From: Squalus acanthias
Taxonomy: Eukaryota
DNA: 64,000 nt
Assembly: GCA_030390025.1 (NCBI GenBank)
Contig: CM059432.1
Coordinates: forward strand, 111,106,001 to 111,170,000
Reading direction: 5' to 3'
Position 1 is the stretch's first letter; each line of letters opens with the position of its first letter. Positions 24,666 to 35,047 of the stretch are shown here, one piece after another. The translations under genes were made by a program, and so were the position numbers. The notes under the pieces are model-generated. The model did no database searches and was not told the origin of the DNA. It saw nothing but the letters and a program-made list of their open reading frames with translations.

Positions 24666-25989
24666 CTGTATGCATGCCTTTCTCCCTTCCTGCCCCCCTC
24701 CCCTCACCTTAACCTGAATCTTGTGTCTTTATGCTTTCAGATAATGAGCAAGCATCTGAGCAGGCTGTCCCTGAGGGTACCGTAGAGAGCGAGGTGGAAG
24801 AAGAGGAGGACGAAGAACACACCGCGTCACTGCATCTCTCACCCGCAGGTACCAGCTCAGATACTGGCACTACGCGTTCTTTAGAGGCTAGTATAGTAGC
24901 GGGATCTGCACAGGGTGATGCACCGGGGAAGAATGGGCTGCAACAAGGCCAGGGGGAAAGGGGAGCTTGGGAGTCAGCTCCCCAGAGGGCGAGTTCGCGC
25001 ATGGGTTCTGCTGCACAGGTCTCAGATGAGGACTTCGATGGGGAGGCCTTTAGAAGAAGGGTGATGGGCATGCACACGGAGATGATAGGTGCAATGGCAA
25101 GGGTGCCTGAAAGCCTCTCAGCAATGGTAAGGATCATGGAGGAGTCCACCTCCAACATTGCACAAGGCTCTGCGCACACCATGGAGCCCATCATTTCCAG
25201 TCTGCAAAGGATGGTAGACTCCCAGAGAGACCATGGCGTCTCAGACCTGATGCCGCGTGTGATGGGCACTGTTGCAGTTTCCATTGCAGCACAGGTGGAA
25301 GCCACACAACGTCTTAGTGCTGTAATGCAGTCTATCGTTGGTGCCATCGATTCTCAGACTGCTCTCATGCAGTTTCAACTTGATGCCACACAAGCTCTGA
25401 CTGCTGCCATCATGGCTGGGTCCACTACCGTCCACCGGGGCTTTCACGGTGTCGCAGCAGGCCAGCAATCTGTGCTCCAGCAGATTGGTAGTGATGCTGA
25501 AGTGCTGCCCTGGGGGAGTGCCAGTGAGTCAGTAGAGCAGGAAGCTGCTGTCCTCTCTCAGGATGACAGCATTCCTGCTCCCACCAGTGGTACTCTGCCA
25601 TTGTCCTTGTTGCTGCCTGTCATCCAGCCACCCCAGACTGCTGCCGCCCATGCTGAGGTGATGCAGTCTACAGCCGGGCCTTCCAGGCCCAGAGCTGGTT
25701 AAGGGCATCCTGGAAGGCCACCTGAAGTCTCCCGCACGGACACTCAGCAGCCTTCCAACCGCCGTGCTGCAGCCAATGGGCCAACTCTTGATAGGAACAC
25801 TAGAGTAGGCAAAAGCAGTGTAACGAGGGGCATTAAGGGATTGCACAAGGGTGAATCGTTAATATTGTCAATATGTGTTCACTGATTATTGATGAATTTA
25901 TTAATTGGCTTTGGATGATTTTGTGGTGTCTCTCATTTCAGCTTTGCGCTGTGATATGGCCTGCGATAGGAATGGAATGATGGGGATTT

Positions 25990-26930
25990 GGTGAGCAGCG
26001 GGGATCTGCAGTCTGATGAAGCTGTCATGGACCGCCCTTCCAGAAGGCCGATTGAGTGGCTGTCTCCTCCCTCGCTCCTGTACCTCCTCCTCCTCATCTT
26101 CCTGTTCCTCCTCATCCTCCTCCTCCTCCTCTCCCTCTTCCTCCTCCTGAGGTGATCTCGCAGTCTCTGGTAGCAAGGGCTGCACCCTCATGATGGCCAG
26201 ATTGTGAAGCATGCAGCATACCATGCTGAAATGGGACACCCACTCCGACGAGTCCTGGAGGGCTCCTCCCGAGCGGTCAAGACAGTGGAAATGTTGCTGA
26301 GCACCCTGATAGTCTGCTCGATGATGTTCCTGGTGGCGGCATGGCTCTCATTATATGAGTGCTGGGGTTGCGGTGGGGAGTCATGAGCCAGGTGGAGAGC
26401 GGATAGCCCTTGATAGCGGCTGGAAGAGTGCTGGCACAGAGGTCTGGCACAGGATGAAGGCATCGTAGATGCTGCGAGGATAGCGGGCATTCACATTGAG
26501 GATTCGCTGTCTGTGGTCGCACACCAACTGCACATTAAGTGAGTGGTAGCCTTTGTGGTTACAGAAGACCTCAGGATTGGTATGCGGTGCCCGCAAAGCC
26601 ATGTGGGGGCAATCAATGGCGCCGTGCACCATGGGGAATCCCGCTATCCTGGCAAAGACACATGCACGTTCGTCCTGCTTCTCTCTGGTGATGGGGAAGG
26701 AAATGTAATCCCTTCTCCTACTGCAGAGAACCTCTGTAACCTCCCAGATGCAGCGATGGACGGCGAACTGTGAGATGTTCGCTATATCTCCTGTTGCAGA
26801 CTTAAAGGAACCACTGGTGAAGAAATTGAGGGTGACAGTGACCTTGACTGCCACTGAGAGAGCCTTGGTCGACCTGATCTGAGGCTCGAGGTCTGGTTGC
26901 AGGAGATGGCAGAGTTTGGTGCCCTGATGG
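25990..26930 (-). pseudogene. Harbinger (HARBI1-like, DDE_Tnp_4) transposase, frameshifted and N-terminally deleted
   Basis: Motifs GFPMVHGAIDCPH, NHKGYHSLNVQLVCD, KGYPL, YNESHAATRNIIEQT and CCMLHNLAI across ORFs 26381-26989, 26188-26490 and 25901-26239. Confidence 0.9.
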
Positions 26931-27754
26931 CCCTCCTCCACCCTCTGGCCACATCTTGAAATCTTTCTCGCTGCCTCCGCTCGCTCCACAGTAAATCCTG
27001 GAGGGCGAGTTCGACTGCCAGTACAGCCCCCACTAATGTAATGATGTGTAGCACTTTGAAATTTTGTCAGAATAAATGTAACAAATTGTTAGTAGCCACA
27101 ACACTCCTGATACTAAAGAACCTTTAAATGACTGAATTAAACTCTTGCACAATCGCAAACTGACAAGGAAGCAGTGAAACAGCACTAAACTGACAGCTGC
27201 GACTCATCCCTTTAAATATCGCCCCTGGAGCCGCCATCCACCTGCTTCACGCCTCCTCTTCCTGTCGTTGTCGGGGCGAGGCGCTAACGCAGGGGGCAAT
27301 AATCAATTTGGCAGATCGGGCGCTGAGTAAGTGTTGCACACTCAGTGACGTCACGATCTGCCTGGCGCTAAAGCCCCAGGCGCTAACTGTTAGCGGCGGC
27401 GCTAAGGGCGAATGGATTTAGCGTGCGGCGCTGGATTCGCCTTGCCCCAGCGCTACTTTATTAGCGCCCCGTTAGTGCCCCAGCCAGGCGCTAATGGGAG
27501 GCGCTAACCAACCGAATTTCTCTCCCTAAGTATTTTGTTGTTGAAGTGCCCGTGCGAATTTGACAACCATTGAATCAATGCAGGGGCCCCCACATCATTT
27601 GTAGGTGTAGTTTTACAATCTATACAAGATTGGAACCATGTTTAGAATGGGGGGCCTCTCCCATTCTGTTAATTGAGCAGTAATTTGTGCTGTTCACGCA
27701 TACATCCCTGTAGATGTCATAAGGGGGAAACTGGTATGCAAATTTTTTCTGTAT

Positions 27755-28255
27755 TTTTTAAAATTCGTTTATAGGATCAGGGCGTCACTGGCAAGGCCTG
27801 CATTTATTGACCATCCCTATTTGTCCTTGAGAAGGTGGTGGTGAGCCGCCTTCTTGAACCGCTGCAGTCCGTGTGGTGAAGGTACTCCCACAGCGCTGTT
27901 AGGGAGGGAGTTCCAGGATTTTGACCCAGCGACGATGAAGGATCGGCGATATACTTCTAAGTCAGGATGGTGTGTGACTTGGAGGGGATGTTGGAGGTGG
28001 TGGTGTTCCCATGCGCCTGCTGCCCTTGTCCTTCTAGGCGGAAGAGGTCGCGGGTTTGGAGGTGCTGCTGAAGAAGCCTTGGCGAGTTGCTGCAGTGCAT
28101 CTTGTAGATGGTACACACTGCAGCCACGGTACACCGGTGGTGGAGGGAGTGAGTGTTTAAGGTGGTGGATGGGGTGCCAATCAAGCGGGCTGCTTTGTCC
28201 TGGATGGTGTCGAGCTTCTTGAGTGTTGTTGGAGCTGCACTCATCCAGGCAAGTG
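27755..28255 (-). mobile_element. 5'-truncated 3' fragment of the second CR1-group LINE family
   Basis: Near-identical to 21400-21900 (e.g. GAAGGTACTCCCACAG...GATTTTGACCCAGCGACGATGAAGGATCGGCGATATAC). Possible TGTAT TSD. Confidence 0.9.
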
Positions 28256-28305
28256 TATCCCTACTTTATACAGGTAAATGTTCATGGTGGATATAGAAAT
28301 ATATA

Positions 28306-29202
28306 GGGGGAGAAATTCAGTATCGCCCCATTTGGGGCGCAATTATCGGCCGGGCGCAAAGATTAGCACCTGGCGCTAATTATCGCCACCGACTGCAAAC
28401 TTGACTTTTATCGCCCCTGGAGGTGATTGGAGCACTAAATCAGGCGCTTCACACCTGTCTTAAGGCGCAAAGGCTGAGGAGCGAGGCGCTACCTCAGAGC
28501 GCTGGCGAAGCTCATGTGATGTCAGTCAGCAATGGAACACACACACAATGGCACGGGCCAGTTCTTAAAGGGGAGGGTTAATCTTGCTTTCCATCCACAC
28601 CCTTCTCATTGCAGCCTTGAATCTCGGCCTGGAGAGACCTGCACATCAAATCTGCTGGAAAGAACAATGGAGAGTACCAGGGAAAGAGCTCAGAGTGCAG
28701 CCCCCACAGTCTCTTCTAAATCGATAAAAGGAATGGCAAATCAAAATGAACCTGCAAAGTGCTGCTCAGTACCCAAAACTCCTTCACACAACGTTGAATC
28801 TCTCCAGAAGTCTCTCTCACTCTCTCTCTCTCAGAATGCGTAGTTCAAAAATGGCACCAATAATAAAAGGCAGGAAGCGGTCACCTTTAAATAGCGCTCC
28901 CCCTTTCCCTTCATGACTGGAGAACGCTCCCCTAAACCTGTCATTGCTAGCGTCAGGCGGTAAGGCAGGGGGCGCCACTCAATATCCGCTCCAGGGCGAT
29001 ACCGGGGCGTTGCGCACTCGACTGATGCCACGATCTGCCGGCGCAGGAGATCGTGGCGGTAGTGTTTAGCGCCGCCGCAAAATGTCTAGTTAATTTCGCG
29101 AGCGGCGCAAACTTCGCCGCGCCTGGGCGCTAGATGCTTTGCGCCCCATTATCGCCCTCTTAAGGCGCTAACGGGAGGCGCAACCAACTGAATTTTTCCC
29201 CC
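28306..29202. mobile_element. Non-autonomous Harbinger derivative (897 bp)
   Basis: TIRs GGGGGAGAAATTCAG / CTGAATTTTTCCCCC (14/15 match), ATA on both flanks. Right subterminal region is similar to 27200-27526, and it retains a stub of the Myb start (ATGGAGAGTACCAGGGAAAGAGCTC). Confidence 0.9.
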
Positions 29203-30399
29203 ATAGTAATTTGAAAAAAATATAGTGCATTCAAAATCAAAATAGCCAAAGTAAACCTAATTTGACCATTTTAAAGGAATGAATACCTTCGTAAATTAAG
29301 GTCAGTGCTCATCTCTCGCTGATAATATCTGTCTGTGCATGACTGGAACCGTCTGCTCCTGTGACCAGGATAACAATTTCAGTTGCCTGGTAATAATTCA
29401 GCACAAATACAGGATAGAAATCAAGTCAATTAAAAAAAAATCCTTCTTATTTATCCAGAAGTTTATAGACTGGAAAATTCAGGGCTGAAATAAATTGAGC
29501 CAATGGTTAAGATGTGAGCGACTGACCAAAAATAATGAGCCAGTCAGCACAGCAGCAGTGAGTAAATAGCATCAGTGACAAGAAAGAGATTTTTTAACAA
29601 TATGGAGGATGGGGAAATCACAGTACTCCTGACGCACGTCAAATTAAAAGACTAAACCCGAAACAGTGATTATCTGATATATCCTGCATGTTTGTAATTA
29701 CAACACCTTGTAGCTAAATGAAATTATATACAATGCTTTGAAAAATGCAATAATCTGAGTGAGAAGTTTGAAACAGGTCGATGGATAGCAAGAGAAGGGA
29801 AGCTACCTGGAGCAATGTCTAGAGTCAAATAGATTAGCAATACAGATGCTGCTCTTATACTCTCTCTAATTCCCCGTAACTTGTAACTATTGGTACTTGA
29901 GGTTGGAACTGGCAATAAATAGATTACATTTGTTCAATCCTGTACCTGTTATGGAACCTTGACCTCTGGGAGTGTATATAGGGGGTTTAGAGAGACATTG
30001 CCCACAGTTTTCCGATATAGACTTCCAGTGGACAGGACCACACATTCATAGAATGGACTCAATCAGCCCCCCTTTCGATTTAAAGTAGTCAGGAGCCAAG
30101 TGCTGGCCGAGTGTTTAGTCTTTATATGCCCAAAATTCCAATCGGCAGCTCCATGGCAGAAATGCTACAGAATTAACTCCAAGTCTGCCAAAGTGAAGAG
30201 GCCCAGACCCCATCCTCAATTAATTTGCATGCTTGGGGCAGGCAGCTGGGGCTGGTATCAACAGCACCTGCCCAGATGTTGTGGGAAGAAACTTGGAGTG
30301 AGCGCCATGCTGCTCTGAGGGTGGAAGAAAGGCCCAGGAAGTGAAGGGAAGGGCCTATCAAAAGGATCTGGTCCTCCTGGAGAAAGCAGGCCTCTAGTA

Positions 30400-33300
30400 T
30401 GTAATAGATAATTAGCATAGGGACAAACAGATTAGAGGTTTAAATGCGTGGCTCAAAGAGTGGTGTGGAAGGAAGATGTTTCAATTCATGGGGCACTGGC
30501 ACCAGGACTGGGGAAAGAGGGAGCTGTTCCGTTGGGACGGGCTCCACTTAAACCGGGCTGGGACCAGTGTCCTGGCGAACCGAATAACTAGGGCAGTAGA
30601 CAGGGCTTTAAACTAATGAAGGCGGGGCTGGAGGATTCAGGAAAGAGTAAATTTAAAAGCAGCGAGAGAAATCTCAAGGCTCTAGAGCAGAGTAGAGTTT
30701 TGGGTAAAAATAAGCAGAGTGGGTCAGGAAGGGACAGAGGAAGTAACACAGGTAATAAGGCATCAGTGACTAAGGTGACATCAGGGGAAAATAGAAATAA
30801 GTAAAGGCACTATATCTGAATGCGCAAAGCATTCGCAACAAAATAGATGAATTAATAGCGCAGATAGAAATGAACAGGTTTGATCTAATAGCCATAACAG
30901 AGATGTGGTTGCAAAGTGGCCAATGTTGGGAACTAAATATTCCAGGATACTTAACTTTTAATGGAAAAGCAGCAGGGTAGCCCTGATAATAAAGGATGGT
31001 ATAAAGACAGTAGAGAGAAAGGATCTTAGCTCTGAAAATCAAGAAGTAGAATCAGTTTAGGTGGAGCTAAGAAACTGCAAGGGGCAGAAAACATTGGTGG
31101 GAGTTGTTTATAGGCCCCCAAACAGTAGTTGTAATGTAGGGCAGAGTATAAAGCAGGAAATTAGAGGCGCATGAAACAAGGGTAATATAGTAATCATGGG
31201 GGACTTTAATTTACATATAGACTGGGCAAACAAAATTTGCAGTAATAGTGTGGAGGACAAATTCATGGAATGTATGCAAGATAGTTTTCTAGATCAGTAT
31301 GCTGAGGAACCAACAAGGGAACAGGCACTTTTAGATCTAGTATTGTGCAATGAGAAAGGGTTAATTACTAATCTTGTAGTAAAGGGGTCTTTAGGGAAGA
31401 GTGACCATAGTATGATAGAATTTTATATTGAGTTTCAAAGTGATTTAGTTAAATCTGAAACTAGGGTCTTAAATCTAAACAAAGCAAACTATGTAGGTAT
31501 GAGGGGAGAGTTGGCTAAGGTAGATTGGGAAACTACATTAAAAGGTATGACGGTAGACAAGCAATGGCTAGCATTTAAAGAATTAATACATAATTTACAA
31601 CAAATATACATTCCTTTAAGGCACAAAAACCCCACAGGAAAAGTGGTCCAACTGTGGCTAACAAGAGAAGTTAAAGATAGTATTAGATCAAAGGAAGCGG
31701 CTTATAATGTTGCCAAAAATAGTAAGCCTGAGGATTGGGAGGATTTTAGAATTCAGCAAATGAGGACAAAGAAATTGATAAAGAAAGGAAAATAGAATAT
31801 GAGAGTAAAATAGCGAGACACATAAAATCAGACTGTAAAAGCTTCTATAGGTATGTAAAAAGGTAAAGATTAGCGAAAGTAAATGTGGGTCCCTTACAGG
31901 CTGAAACAGGAGAAATTATAATGGGGAATAAGGAAATGGCAGAGAAATTAAACAAATACTTTGTGTCTTCACGGAAGAAGACGCAAAAAACTTCCCGGAA
32001 ATAGTAGACAACCAAGAGTCCAGCGAGAATGAGAAACTGAAAGAAATTAGTATTAGTAAAAAAAATAGTACTGGAGAAATTAATGGGACTGAAAGCTGAT
32101 AAATCCCCTGGACCTGATGGCCTACATCCTTGGGTTTTGAAAGAGGTGGCTATAGAGATAATGGATGCATTGGTTGTCATTTTCCAAAATTCCATAGATT
32201 CTAGAACGGTTCCCGCGGATTAGAGGGTAGCCAATGTAATCCCACTATTTAAGAAAGGAGGGAGAGAGAAAACGGGTAACTACAGACCAGTTAGCCTGAC
32301 ATCAGTAGTAGGGAAAATGCTTGAATCTATTATTAAGAACGTGGTAACAGGGCACTTAGAAAATAATAATAGGATTGGGCAGAGTCAACACAGATTTAGG
32401 AAAGGGAAATTCTGTTTGACAAAACTGTTAGAGTTTTTTGAGGTTGTAACTAGCAGAATAGATAAGGGGGAACCAGTGGATGTGGTGTATTCGGATTTTC
32501 AGAGGGCATTCAATAAGGTGCCACACAAGAGGTTATTAAACAAAATTAGGGCTCATGGGATTGGGGGTAATATACTAGCATGGATTGAGGATTGGTTAAT
32601 GGACAGAAAACAGAGAGTAGGAATAAATGGGTCATTTTCGAGTTGGCAGGCTGTAACTAGAGTAGTACTGCAAGGATCAGTACTTGGCCTCAGCTATTCA
32701 CAATCTACATCAATGATTAAGATGAGGGGACCAAATGTAATCATTCCAAGTTTGCTGATGATACAAGGCTGTGTGGGAATGTAAGTTGTGAGGAGGATGC
32801 AAGGAGGCTTCAAGGGGATATAGACAGGCTAAGTGAGTAGGCAAGAATGTGGCAAATGTGGAGAAATGTGAAGTTATCCACTTTGGTAGGAAAAATAGAA
32901 AAGCAGAATATTTTTTAAATGTTGAGAGATTGGGAAATGTTGGTGTTCAGAGGGACCTGGGTGTCCTTGTACACGAATCACTGAAAGTTAACATGCAGGT
33001 ACAGCAAGCAATTAGGAAAGCTAATGTTATGCTGGCCTTTATTATAAGAGGATTTGAGTATAAGAGTAAAGATGTCTTACTGCAATTATATAGGGTCCTG
33101 GTGAGACCACACCTGGAGTATTGTGTACAGTTTTGGTCTCCTTACCTAAGGAAGGATATACTTGCCATAGAGGAGTGCAACGAAGGTTCACCAGATTGAT
33201 TCCTGGGATGGGGGGGGGGGGGGGGGCGCTTGTCCTATGAGGAGAGATTGAGTAGTCTAGGCCTATATTCTCTAGAGTTTAGAAGAATGAGAGGTGATCT

Positions 33301-33676
33301 CATTGAAACATACAAAATTCTTACAGGGCTTGACAGGGTAGATGCAGGGAGGATGTTTCCCCTGGCTGGGGAGTCTAGAACCAGGGGTCACAGTCTCAGA
33401 ATAAGGGGCCGGCTATTTAGGACTGAGATGAGGAGAAATTTCAGAGGATGGTGAATTTTTGGAATTCTCTACCTCAGAGGGCTGTGGAGGCTCAGTCGTT
33501 GAGTATATTCAAGACAGAGATCGATAGATTTTTGAATAGTAAGGGAATCAAGGGATATGGGGATAGTGCAGGAAAGTGGAGATGAGGTAGAAGATCAGCC
33601 ATGATCTTATTGAATGACGGAGCAGGCTCAAAGGGCCAAATGGCCTACTCCTGCTCCTATTTCTTATGTTCTTATG
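30400..33676 (+). mobile_element. 5'-truncated CR1 LINE (ORF1 C-terminus, disrupted ORF2, 3' tail)
   Basis: ORF1 esterase end (WDGLHLNRAGT), endonuclease (YLNAQSI, MGDFN, SDH), RT fragments 32317-33454, and tail CCTACTCCTGCTCCTATTTCTTATGTTCTTATG. Confidence 0.93.
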
Positions 33677-34794
33677 CTCCCTGGGATCAATTGTCTATCC
33701 CTGGTGCAAATTTCGAGCCTTAGAAAGGCCCTCAGCAGGATTCACATCAGAAATCAGCTGACAAGAGTTCAGTTGAGGTGTTTAAAAAGAAATACTGTGT
33801 AGAATTCCCAGGGTAGCCTGGGAACTCACCCAGACATGAACCCTTGATGTTGTGGAGTTTGGCTAGAAGATTCGCCCTCTCCTTCTACCCGAATATCACT
33901 AGGCTCTTTACATGGTAGAATCCCAGTGGAACTGCAGTAGGAGTAAATTGGCACAGCAGGCAGTGGAAACCAGTTTTCTGATCAATCAGCAGGGGTGACT
34001 CATTTGGCTGTAAACAAATAAACAGTATAAAAAGACCAGTGCTAGTGCGAGCCAGCACTGAGTGCAAGTCAGCAGAGAGTGCTGAGTTTGGGTAAGTGTG
34101 AGTGCGGGTGAGTGGAGTGTAGGGTGCTCTTTTCAAACTTTAACTCTGGGTTGTAGCTAATAAGGCCTTTCTGGTGCAGAGTGACTGTTGGTAAACCATT
34201 TAACTGGTGTAATTTAGAGGGATTGATTTAATTTAAATCCAATTAATTAGAGGGGATACTAGCAGCTATAATCGGGCAGAGAGTGTCCATAACTAACAAT
34301 AAAAAATGTAATTAATTCCATAGAATGGAGCAGGTGATGTGTTACTGTTGCGAGATGTGGGAGCCAGTGGACCCCATTGAGGCTCACGGTGATTACATCT
34401 GTGACAAGTGTCGGCTGCTACAGGAACTCCAGCTCCGTGTTGATGAGCTGGAGTCTGAGCTTCAGACACCGCGACACATCAGGGAGGGGGAGAAGTACCT
34501 GGACTTTGTGTTTCAGGAGGTGGTCACACCTATGAAGTTAATTAATTCAGATGTAGCCCATGGTCAGGGACTGGACGGTGTGACTACGAGTGAGGCAGGT
34601 ACGGGGATCCAGGAAGTAGTGTTGGAGGAGCTGCAGCCCTTGCTCTTGTCCAACAGGTTTGAGGTTCTTACTCCCTGTGGGGACGGGAGCAGGGACTGCA
34701 GGGAGGATGAGCAACCTGGCCACAGCACTGTGGAACGGGGGGCCATTCAAGAGGAGGGAGTAAATAGAAATGTTGTAGTGGTACGGGATAGTAT

Positions 34795-35009
34795 TGACGT
34801 AATAAAGACTCACTACGCACTTGAACATAAAGCAAGGCTTTAATCAACTTGTAACAAAACATGGAGGTCTAGTTAGCAGTCACTAGCTTCCTGTTTCCAG
34901 ATTGTCTCTGCCCAAGGTGGGCCCATGCCTGAGTATTTATACTCCCTGGACGGCGCCCCAGCTGGCCGCCCAGTAGTACTTCCTGAGTTGTTACTTGCGA
35001 TTTATGACA
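34795..35009 (-). repeat. 3' LTR of the Gypsy element
   Basis: Direct repeat of 39090-39304; minus strand reads TGTCATA...TACGTCA. Confidence 0.97.
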
Positions 35010-35021
35010 TTCTTCCTCCCT
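35010..35021 (-). promoter_or_regulatory. Polypurine tract
   Basis: AGGGAGGAAGAA on the minus strand, immediately before the 3' LTR. Confidence 0.85.
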
Positions 35022-35047
35022 AAAAGGTTTGGAAGTCCAGTCTTCCT

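Larger units (their letters stand above)
20707..25702 (+). pseudogene. Harbinger Myb/SANT-like DNA-binding protein gene; exons 20707-20935, 21151-21313, 24741-25702
   Basis: MADQRPRDRARRFCDQALEALVFSVERRRAVLYP...ECRNKFNDLT. GT-AG sites (AGG|GTGAG, TTGCAG|GCC, ACG|GTATG, TTTCAG|AT) are phase-compatible for exons 2-3 and equivalent in the paralogue at 53573. Exon 1 is frameshifted and has a stop. Confidence 0.8.
20458..27526. mobile_element. PIF/Harbinger DNA transposon, two-gene type, defective, with a LINE inserted in an intron
   Basis: Imperfect TIRs CGGGGCGAAATTC (20458) and GAATTTCTCTCCC (to 27526), flanked by TAA on both sides. Myb/SANT gene on +, DDE transposase on -. Confidence 0.9.

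Noticed and set aside
30223..30230. Octamer ATTTGCAT as an Ig or snRNA promoter
   Set aside because: Isolated motif with no leader exon, V segment or snRNA nearby.
33210..33226. Long poly-G run in CR1 ORF2
   Set aside because: Local homopolymer expansion or sequencing error in a dead copy.
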